A stretch of DNA of 64,000 bases from contig NC_133617.1 of NCBI RefSeq assembly GCF_048593235.1, positions 627,482,958-627,546,957 on the forward strand. The letters are read 5' to 3'. The notes beneath the pieces are model-generated. The model was not told the origin of the DNA. It did no database searches and saw only the letters and a list, made by a program, of their open reading frames with translations. The DNA is from Sminthopsis crassicaudata. Lineage: Eukaryota. Made by a program: the position numbers and the translations under genes. Positions 54,560 to 64,000 of this stretch are shown here, in pieces; the first letter of the stretch is position 1, and each line of letters starts with the position of its first letter.

Positions 54560-55760
54560 GAAGGTTTAGGGAACTCCACACGAGATTATCCTGAAAAGAT
54601 GGGCAAGGTGGAATACGGGGAAATGGAGGAGTAAGACTGAAAAAAGATGAAGAACGGCATAGGCCGGGCTTAAGCCCCGGACAAAAAGATCGACAGTGCA
54701 GTCCAACTCCAACTCAAACTGCGTCAGCCGATAGATCCCCGAAAACAGAGAGACGAAGAAGGGGAGACGCGTTTGAAACCAGGGCCGACTACGAATTAGT
54801 CAGCCATCACCTCGGACGCATTATTTCCGCCCTCTGAACCCCACTTTTTTCAACCAACTATCACGCATAATACAATTGTACTGTAGGCTGAAACGATAAT
54901 AAAATCCTATCTTAGAAAGGGACCCGCCATAGCGCTTCTGGGAGGGGCCTTGCAATAATCTATACAGGAAGCCCTCTTAAGACTCGCTTTTCAGGAATTA
55001 CTTCCGCCCTCAAGCACAACATCCGGTTCCTTGGCCCGATTTTTTTTTTTCTTTCCGCCCTCTTTCGGAAGACGGAGAGGGGTGGGGGCGTGGAACCTCT
55101 GACGCCACTTCCGCTGTGCGACGGAAGTGGCCTTCGGCTTCCGCGGCGGGGCCGGAAGCAGCAGCAGCGGTGGCGGCCGGGAGCGGACGGAGGCTCGAAG
55201 GTGGAGCCCAGACCCCGCGGCTCGAGAGTGGGGTCCCGGAGCCGCCGCGTCGGTAATACCCTCAGTAGTCCTCTCTCACCCGTGAGCCACCGTCTAGCTC
55301 TCCTGGCTAGCCTATGAGCTCCGCTGTGCTGGAGTTCCCCCATACCTCCCGGAGATCCCGGGCGGCGGCCGGAGTGAGGCACCGGGCCGGGCCTGGGGCC
55401 TACGAGGGGTTAGGGGGTGGGGAAAAAATGCGGAGCCCCGGGCTTGGTGAGCCCGTGGCTGGCGCGGGGTGGCGCGGGCCACATTATGTGACTGATCCGC
55501 TGACTCTGTCTCTTCACCCTTGTTTCCAGGAGACACCCGTGCGGGCAGGCGGGCGGAGTAGGGAGGGGCTCGGCCCCCTGGGTGCGTCTCCCCCCCCCGC
55601 CCCCCGTACCGGGGGGGCCGCGTGAGGCGGGGGGACCATGGCGGAGATCAGTGATCTGGACCGGCAGATCGAGCAGCTGCGCCGCTGCGAGCTCATCAAG
55701 GAGAGCGAGGTCAAGGCTCTGTGCGCCAAGGCCAGGTGAGCCTCCAGAACTCTCGCGAGG
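54560..55760 (+). promoter_or_regulatory. PPP4C: PPP4C CpG-island promoter and non-coding exon 1 (donor at 55252/55253)
   Basis: CpG-dense, several ETS/GABP CCGGAAG/ACTTCCG motifs, donor TCG|GTAATA, acceptor ttgtttccag at 55529. Confidence 0.8.
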
Positions 55761-58700
55761 CAGATAGGAGCCCCCGAGCCAGGTCTGAGGGTGTCTCTTG
55801 TGGGGACAAAACTCCATGCTCACAGGGAACTGACCAGGTTGCCCCTGGCAACTGTAAAATGGTAAAGTCACTAGAGAAATCCTATTGAAAGTTCTACTCA
55901 AAAGGAGGAATAAATCTAACAGCCCCAGCCTTCGGGAAGGGACCCCTTCGCTGCCAGGAATAAGCGATACAAACCGAAAAAGCCGTCCCTACTCACGGGG
56001 AGCCGGGTGGGTGCTGGGCTTTGTGCTGGGCCTTAAGTTCCCGTAGGGGTTCAGAGAAGACCAGGGAGGGTGATGGGATCGGCCAGGGTTTCCAGGAAAC
56101 AGGCGAGACTTCAGCTGGGCCTTAGAATTAGATCGAAGTGGATCAACGGGAGTTAAGAGGTGAGGGAGGACAATGTGAGCAATAGGACAATATTGTGGCA
56201 AGAATGAAATTGAGTGTGGACTAGGAACGATAAAGAGAGCCTCTTAATCATGGGCAACCTTGAAAGCCAGGCAGTTTAGGCTTGATAATAGGGTACAGGT
56301 GAAGCAAAGGAGTGACATGGTAAAAAAAAAAAAAACACTTTGTTGGCCCGTGGTACCCAGATGAATATAGAAAGGAATACTGAGGTGGAGTTCATTTCTT
56401 ACACTGAAAACAAGCTGGGTATGAGCTCTTATGCCCTGACTTCTTCTTGTTCTTTGTCCTTCATTCTGGAAGAAGACCATGACCTCAGGGAGGTGATGCC
56501 GTGACCTGCAAGTGAGTTGCATTTAAGTGAGGGAGAGTTGTGCAAAGTCACCAGCTTCACTCTTCCAAAGCCATTTGGATTCGGGCCAAGCTCTCCCAGT
56601 GCATCCAGGGTCATCCCAGTTGTCATGAACTCTATTATCTTAACAATGGACCCAGATGTCTCTGGAGTAGAAAGAGAGGCCCTACCTGCTATGAAAGTTT
56701 GGTATTTAATTCCCTGGTAGCCAAGTTGGAAGAGACTGACTTGCTTATAAAGAAGTAGACTAGTGCTAATGAGAGCCCTGCTATTCTTTAAGAATTTATG
56801 GAGCACTATTCCCACTATTGGAACCATGTTTTTACTAGTTTGAGATCCAATTGATACCTTGATATACCACCAGATGAGATAATATTTGACTCCTGTGATC
56901 CTAAGAGAAGACTGGGCCTTTACTTTGAGAGAACCCATCCTATACTAATATCATGAATCCTTTTTGGTTTTCCAAGACTCAAAGTAACTCTTCTTCTCTT
57001 TAGGCTTCTTCCTTTTTTCTTTTATCTTAGACCCTTAGAAAGCAAGAGAAACTTAAAAATTATTCATCTAAGAGTGAGAATTATCCTCTCTTTTCTCTCA
57101 TCCCTCACAAAAAAAGGCAGTTTATACCATAAAGGCATACACAATCCAGAGCGGAAAGATGTGTAGTTATTATATGGAGTAAAGGGCTGTTATTCCAAGA
57201 GGTATATCCAAAATACTATAAAATTTCAGAGGATGGACAGGTATGGGTTAGAAAGATTTGGGAAAATGTCACAGAGAAAACGGGGACATTAAGTTGAGAC
57301 TTTGAAGGAGGAAGTATTCTGTAGAAGTAAAAGCATGAAGGACTTGCATGATCAAAAGTGGATTGGTGGGGAAACAAAAACATTTTTGAGAAATGAACCG
57401 GTTCCCCAGTTTGGCCAAGAATGTTATGCAGAATAGTGCTGAAGATGATCAGGGAACAGGCATGATATATAAAACACACTGACTGAACTTTGAAGTAAGA
57501 AGACTTAGGTTCAAGTCTCATCTCTGTCATGTTCTTTGTGACTTTTGGCAAGTGACTTTCTCATTTATCAAACTCAGTTTTCCTCCTCTGAAATGGGAAT
57601 TTGGATTTGGATGATCCCTTTGATTGAAGTTTGTGATTCTATGAAGTCTGTGTATGGGGACACTTAAAAGCAAGCTGAGGGAGTCTTGGATACTTGATTT
57701 TTAGGCAACGGATGCACAGGTATCCTTACTTTCTCTTGGTGTTCCCCTCTTCAATGTACAACTCAGACGCTATCTTCTGCACAAGGTCTTTTTCTGTTTA
57801 TCTTCCTTCCTCCAGTTACAATATTGTCCTTTTTGATTACTTTGTATTATTTTGCATCTTTTATATTTATGTATTTGTATTTATGTTGTCTCTTCTGTAG
57901 AATGTAAGCTCTGAGAGCAAGTACTGTTTTGTTTTTGTCTTTGTATCCCCTGCACCTAACACAGTGTCTCTTGAATGTAGTGGGTGCTTAATAAATGTTG
58001 AATTAAAGTGAATTGAGGCTTTGGAGGTTTTTGAACAAGGAACCAATGATATCCTCAGAACTATATCTTAGGGAAAGATTGATTAAAGAAGGCAGGGAGA
58101 ACAGAAGAGTCTCCTGATCCACTCATGAATTCTATTTGGGTGCCAATACTCTACAGGCCAACTGAATAGATCTCCAGTAAGGCAGGGTCAGACTTGACCT
58201 TGAATAGAGGTAGGATAGGGGCTATTGGTCTGGCTATGACAACCATCTCCTTGTGTCTTCAGAGAGATCTTGGTGGAGGAGAGCAATGTACAGAGGGTGG
58301 ACTCCCCCGTCACGGTGAGTAGTCTTATCCCTCTTCCCCATCCCTAAATCTGATCTGGTTTTATGCATATCCACCCATCCCTTGTTAGACTTGCTAGTAC
58401 ATAGCACTGCAGAAAGTGTTCGGTCCTTCTTTCATTTGTGTGCACACACAGGAATAGGAAAGTGCTGGACTTGGAGAGTATGGGTTGGAATTCTGCCTCT
58501 ACTCCTTAGTCCTTTAGTGTGACCACTCTAGTTAATAACTTTCTTGGTCTAGATCAAGAACTCTAACCCTTTTTGTGGCCTGGACCCCTTTAGCAGTCTG
58601 CTGAAGCCCTCTGAATTCCTCAGAATCTATATTTTTAGATCTCTGAAGTCCACAGCATTACAAAGGAAATTGTTTTACATTGAAATGATTATCACAGTAT

Positions 58701-61700
58701 GTTTTAAAGGTTCATGGACACATGTACCCTACGATACCCCCAGGTTAAGGACTCCGGGACTAAATGAACTCCTGTTAGGTCCCTTCTAGTTGTAAATACT
58801 GTGCCCTATGCCTTGGTCTGATTTTACACATGTGCATATGGGCACAAACACATTTGGAATCTAGCTTGGTCCCACATCGAATTGGAATTCCCTTTAATGG
58901 AGGACTGGCTTGGAGTTCTCTAAAGTCAGACTCTTGCTTTCAGGAGTCTTGTGTCATTGTTTTACTCGTGCCATTATTAAGCTACCATTATCCAAGTGGT
59001 TAACAAGAAAGAAATTTAGATCTCAGGATACACGATTTAGGGACTGAGCCACTTTGTACCTGCTGCTTCTGCCTGGGCTAGCTGAAGAACTCTAGGCTGT
59101 GCTGGGGGGGGGGGGCTATAAGGAAGGGCCTCTTCCTTTCTTTCTTAGCTGCTTCCTGGCTGGGTTAAGTTTTAGCCCTGTCACTGCCTAATCTTGGGGC
59201 AGGTTACTTCAGGTCTCTTGATCTCAGATTCTTATCTGTAAAACAAAGGATTAGACTAGATGTTCTTTCAGATTTCTTCCAGCTCTAATATTCTGTGATT
59301 CTTATGCCAGGTGTGTGGAGATATCCATGGACAATTCTATGATCTCAAGGAACTATTCAGAGTGAGTATGTGTGTTTGTGTTGGGATGAAGCTAGGGGGA
59401 AGGGGCTATCATTCTGATCCTTCGATTTAGTGGCAAAAAGCAGGTTCATAAAGAAATTTCTGGAAAACTTCTTTAATCAAAAGGAATGAGAGCTTTTAAT
59501 CTACTTGAAGATAGAAGGTAAAGGGGAAATTTGATGTAGGCCAGTCCTGAATTTGGTTCTATTCATATTCAGTGGTATTATTAGGGACATTTCAACATGG
59601 AGTGGGCTTTTAATTTGGACAAGCATGTGTATGTGGTTTTCAAAAGAGTTTGGCATGGTGAACCAAGTGGTACAAATGAAGCCTCCTCTCCCTTCCCAGG
59701 TGGGTGGCGATGTCCCTGAGACCAACTACCTCTTCATGGGGGACTTTGTGGACAGAGGCTTCTACAGCGTTGAAACATTCCTGCTGCTGCTTGCCCTCAA
59801 GGTGATTAAGCTAAGTACTCTTGATTCTGTTCTCGGAACCTAACCTAGAAAGTTTCCTCCTACTATGCCAAACAGCACTACCAAACCATCAGACAACCCA
59901 GGCCCAGTCACCTCAGACTTTATTCCAGATGTTCCCCAACAGCCTTATCTGAGGAAACTTTTTCAAATTACATCTTTACCCCAACTCCATGGCCAGTTTT
60001 TCCTAGACTGTCATGTACCCATACCTACCACTTGTGACCATTATCCCTACCACGCCCTTACCTTTTCCAGGTTCGGTATCCTGACCGCATCACTCTGATT
60101 CGGGGGAACCACGAGAGCAGGCAGATCACACAGGTCTACGGCTTCTATGATGAGTGTTTGCGAAAGTATGGCTCAGTGACTGTGTGGCGCTACTGCACTG
60201 AAATCTTTGACTACCTCAGCCTGTCCGCCATCATCGACGGCAAGGTAGGAAGGAGCTAATGTTGCAGACGGAGGTCGTCCCAATTGCGGGATCAAGGTGA
60301 ACTGTGAGGCTGGAGGGGGTTGAATTTATGGCCAGGGAAGATATCTGTCATCTGGGAGGCAGTCAAAGGAAACAATGAACCTCAGTCTTCCTCCCATTCT
60401 CCTCAGATCTTCTGTGTGCATGGGGGCCTCTCTCCTTCTATCCAAACCCTGGACCAGATTCGAACGATTGACCGGAAACAGGAGGTGCCTCATGATGGAC
60501 CCATGTGTGACTTGCTCTGGTCTGACCCTGAAGGTGAGGTGTTGAGGGTGGAAGATGAAATGGGGTAAAAGAGCAGATTACGCCACATGTTCATGTGTTA
60601 TTTTGTTAGGGAGTTTGATCCTTATTTAGAAGACTGGTAGGAAGTACTAGTGGGGCGAGGGGAAAGGTAATTCAGGGCAATAGAAAATAGACTGTAAAAG
60701 AAAGGTTTTAATTTTTTGGTTCTTGGAATGTTTTATTCCCTGGTCAGTTTGGGGAATTAAGTTTTGGAGCATGTTCTTTATGAGAGGAGCAGCAGTGGAA
60801 TTTTTAATTTGTGGGGATATTGTGCATTAGCTACGGAAATCAGCCCAGTGACTTAGCCTTTGCCCAAGGCACCATGAATCTAAGGGACTTTCTCATTTGG
60901 ATAACAAATGTGGGAACTTTCATCTCAGGAACAGCATTATAAGAGATATTTGACTAGGGGAACCTGGGTCCTTTTAATCAGCCAGTGACCAAAAATAAGC
61001 ACTTAATGGGGTGATTGGGAAAGACATTAGGAATTTAATCATAGCATTGAAAATTAATGTAAAGGTCATGGGAGTGCTTAAAGAAGCCTTAAGATAATTT
61101 AGTTTCAGTTTCTTTACAAATAAGGAAGAAAGCCAAAGAAGTTGTGACTTACCTAGAAATGAGAAATAGGTAAAGGAACTCTATCCAAATCAACACCTCT
61201 GACTTCAAATCCATTACTTCAAACTAGTTCAGGAATCTATTTAATAAATTGTCATCCTGCTGCTTTCCCGGTGATTGGATTCTTATTAACTTCCCAGTGA
61301 GCCCATTTTCATTACAGAGGAACTGATGGTTAAGATGATCATTCTTATTGAAACAAAATCTAGCTCCCAGTAATCTTACACCTTCTTTTAAAATTGTATT
61401 TCTATTCTCTAAAGTTATGAAAAAGTAGGATCACTTTTCCACATTCCTCAGATATCTGAAGACCACCGTCATGGTGTGACATTTAGTCATTGTAGATTTG
61501 CAAAGCACATCACATTCATTTTATCATTGCTAAAACAGCCCTGTGAGGCAGGCCCTGCCAGTTTGACAAATTGAAGAATCTGAGCCTTGGATTAAGTTAA
61601 TTGTCCATGACCACACAGCTAGTAAATGTTAAGGTTGAAATTCAAACTGTCTCTTTGACCTAAAAATATTGAAGTTTTCCCCTAATGCTACATTGTAGCC

Positions 61701-62341
61701 AAACATCATCCTCTGCTCTTTCCACCTTTTCCCAGATTTTTCAGCATTCCAGTTTAGTGTAGGGAAGTAGGTGTCAAGCATTGACAAAGCTGGGTTTGTT
61801 GAATGAGAAGAGGGAAGCCCCATTAAGTTCTCTCTCATTCTCTATAGACACGACGGGCTGGGGTGTTAGTCCCCGAGGAGCTGGCTACCTGTTTGGCAGT
61901 GATGTGGTGGCCCAGTTCAATGCGGCCAATGACATTGACATGATATGCCGAGCTCACCAGCTGGTGATGGAAGGCTACAAGTGGCACTTCAATGAAACTG
62001 TGCTCACGGTGTGGTCAGCACCCAACTACTGCTATCGGTAAGTGGAGTGGGAGGAGACAGTTTCAGAGGGAGAGAAGCCTTGGTACCCTTAGGCCAACTT
62101 GGAAAGAGAGAGGGCTTATCTCCTTAGAAGTTGGTGGGAGTTGGGAGAGGAGCCCTGAGGAAAATTTTCTGTGTTCTGTACCTTAGATAACTGACCTTTT
62201 TCTTTGAATAGCTGCGGAAATGTGGCAGCCATCTTGGAGCTGGATGAGCACCTCCAGAAAGATTTCATCATCTTTGAAGCTGCACCCCAGGAAACCCGGG
62301 GCATCCCTTCCAAGAAGCCAGTGGCTGACTACTTCCTGTGA
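55638..62341 (+). CDS. PPP4C: Serine/threonine-protein phosphatase 4 catalytic subunit, 307 aa; coding exons 55638-55735, 58263-58314, 59311-59361, 59700-59801, 60071-60244, 60407-60533, 61848-62037, 62212-62341
   Basis: 924 nt, all [37 protein letters not shown]..., GDIHG, GDFVDRG, RGNHE, HGG and WSAPNYCY motifs, C-terminus KKPVADYFL. Confidence 0.98.
56460..56690. mobile_element. Marsupial SINE-like remnant (Mar1/WALLSI-type) in a PPP4C intron
   Basis: gaagaagaccatgacctcagggaggtgatgcc...gtgcaaagtcaccagc and ggacccagatg..ctctggag motifs. Confidence 0.45.
58556..58757. mobile_element. Non-autonomous hAT/Charlie-type DNA transposon (MER-like)
   Basis: Degenerate terminal inverted repeats (...taacc / ggttaa...), internal ggacccctttagcagtctgctgaagcc, and gtctagat-like target site on the left. 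Confidence 0.55.
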
Positions 62342-62711
62342 CCCCACCCAAGCCCCTCTTACCCCTATCCTTTACTCCTCTCCCCAGCCTCAACATCCTT
62401 TGGACCACTGTGACTCTGTCCTCTGCTGTTCCTGTTGCCACCATCTGCAGGACAGGGTCTCCCAGGGTTGGGGGAGGATTTCCCCTTCTCCTCTCTAGGA
62501 TCTCAGAGGACACTGGGAGAGCAGAGAAGCCTCTCCCATCCTGTGTTCTGTCCTAGGCAGAGGTCAGGGGGCAAGGAGGACAAGCTTTGATCCAATTTCC
62601 TCCTCCCCCAGATTCTTTGTTTTGAAGTTTCTGGCGATTTTTTTCTGGTTTTCTCTTTTTTGTTTGTTTGTTTTTAGATAAAAACTTTGGGGAAAAATGA
62701 AAAAAAATTCT

Positions 62712-62717
62712 AATAAA
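62712..62717 (+). terminator. Poly(A) signal of PPP4C
   Basis: AATAAA about 370 nt after the stop. Confidence 0.8.
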
Positions 62718-63207
62718 AGAAAGAAAATGACCTTTTGTTCTTACCTCCTTCTGGCTCAGTGGGAACAGTTATACTATAAAACTATGATCCTAATGCACAT
62801 TTCTACACAGCACTATGAAGGAAGGTGCTAGAGTAATTACTACTGCACCCTTTGGGAGATGAGTCAGTAGCTCTAGCAGTGGTAACTAACATTGCCATCT
62901 GAAAGCAAGTCTCTGTGTTCTACCAGACAACTCTGGTTAGTTAGAGAGCATCAGGCAGGCCCTTCTGCTTCCCAGCTGATTTCTCCATTATTTCTGTGTA
63001 GTACTCTCAGGACCTGGGGTCCCGAGTATGTATCTCTTAGTACTTAGAAACCGGGCTGATTGGTAGACAGGAGCCCTCAGATTAGAATCCTTCTTGGAAA
63101 TGAGAGAGCTTTGGAAAGAAGAGGGCTTTGAAATCACCTTAGAGCAGGAAGCCAACTCTACCCCCAATCTAACAGATTTGTATAACATCACACAATGACT
63201 CAAAAGT

Positions 63208-63213
63208 TTTATT
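63208..63213 (-). terminator. Candidate poly(A) signal of TBX6
   Basis: TTTATT on + (AATAAA on -), about 540 nt after the TBX6 stop. Confidence 0.55.
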
Positions 63214-63750
63214 TTAGAGGAAATAAAAAAGCCTGGAGCCCAAAGGTGTTTGGTGAGAATAGTAATTACTGTACATTTGGCAGTGGGGGTGAAGACAGTC
63301 TGCTCTACATCCCTGGGAGACTTTCCCCACATGGAGGTAAGGTATGTAAATGTAAATTGTTCAGGCAGTGGTGTGGTAAGGGTGAAGAGCCTGGGGTGGA
63401 GGGCCTAGAGGCCTTGGAACTCCCTTAGCTGGGCTGCCCTTGAAAGTTCCTGGTGATGGCCCCTGACCTGTCCTTTTGGTGAGGCCGGTCTCCTGCTGGC
63501 CCAGCCCCCACCCTCCATTCACACCCAGGTGAGAGCCCAGGAAGGGGAAGCTGGAGCAGCTGGTCTCCCCCCAGCCTACCTCCACAGGCTTTGAAGCAGG
63601 AGGGGGGTGTGAGCTAAAGCTGAAGTGTGAACTGAGTGGGGGGAGGCTTGGCTGAGATGAAGGAGGCAAAAGCAGCCATTTGGTGCAAAAAGGAGATGGC
63701 CCCAAAAGTCACCCAGGCTCCAAGAAGAGTTGGTGGTAAATGCCTCTAAC

Positions 63751-63973
63751 TTAATAGAGGGGCTTGCTGCTAACATCCAGGTAGCCCCCAGGGGCTGCGT
63801 AGGGGAGAGGGAAGGGCCCCCCTTGGAGGAAGTGAGGGGCAAAGGCTGATGTTGGAGGGGCTGGCGGATATCCAGGACCAGAACCCCCATTCCCCGGAGA
63901 CAGCTCTAGGAAGGGTGCCTGGTAAGATGAAGGACGAGACAATGGATCTGCAGCCTCCGAGAAAGAAGAGGTC
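63751..63973 (-). CDS. TBX6: T-box transcription factor TBX6, last coding exon only (gene continues beyond the window)
   Basis: Acceptor ttcttcctgcctctcag, then (R)[73 protein letters not shown]-stop, the TBX6 C-terminus; convergent with PPP4C as in human. Confidence 0.93.
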
Positions 63974-64000
63974 CTGAGAGGCAGGAAGAAAGCCAGTTAG

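Noticed and set aside
56429-56938. Longest gap-free unexplained ORF (169 aa, minus strand, in a PPP4C intron)
   Set aside because: It overlaps SINE-like repeat sequence, has no recognisable domain, and is antisense to PPP4C with no splice support.

Overview
Vertebrate genomic DNA, most likely a marsupial (inferred from WSINE/MIR-type SINEs, marsupial-type L1 3' ends and RTE remnants; probably a dasyurid). It is syntenic with the human 16p11.2 block DOC2A - C16orf92/FIMP - TLCD3B(FAM57B) - LOC112694756 - ALDOA - PPP4C - TBX6. The ORF track is mostly uninformative because the genes are spliced, so exons were built by hand from GT-AG sites and reading-frame phase. Complete spliced CDSs: FIMP (+, 4 exons, 106 aa), TLCD3B (-, 5 exons, at least two alternative first coding exons), an uncharacterised 140-aa single-TM cysteine-rich protein (+, 4 coding exons, upstream of ALDOA), ALDOA (+, 8 coding exons, 364 aa) and PPP4C (+, 8 coding exons, 307 aa). 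Only the last coding exon of TBX6 (-) is in the window. Main points for follow-up: (1) the intact cysteine-rich microprotein gene, with no canonical poly(A) signal seen before ALDOA; (2) a 51-nt exon that would add an in-frame, strong-Kozak N-terminal extension to ALDOA; (3) a ~325-bp, ~96%-identical inverted repeat at 8.9-10.3 kb; (4) a bidirectional CpG island that may supply a third TLCD3B first exon; (5) CRX-type, RE1, RFX, MEF3/MEF2 and HIF motifs. There are three assembly gaps. No tRNA/rRNA genes or CRISPR arrays were found. Comparisons with human or mouse sequences are from memory, not from a database search.
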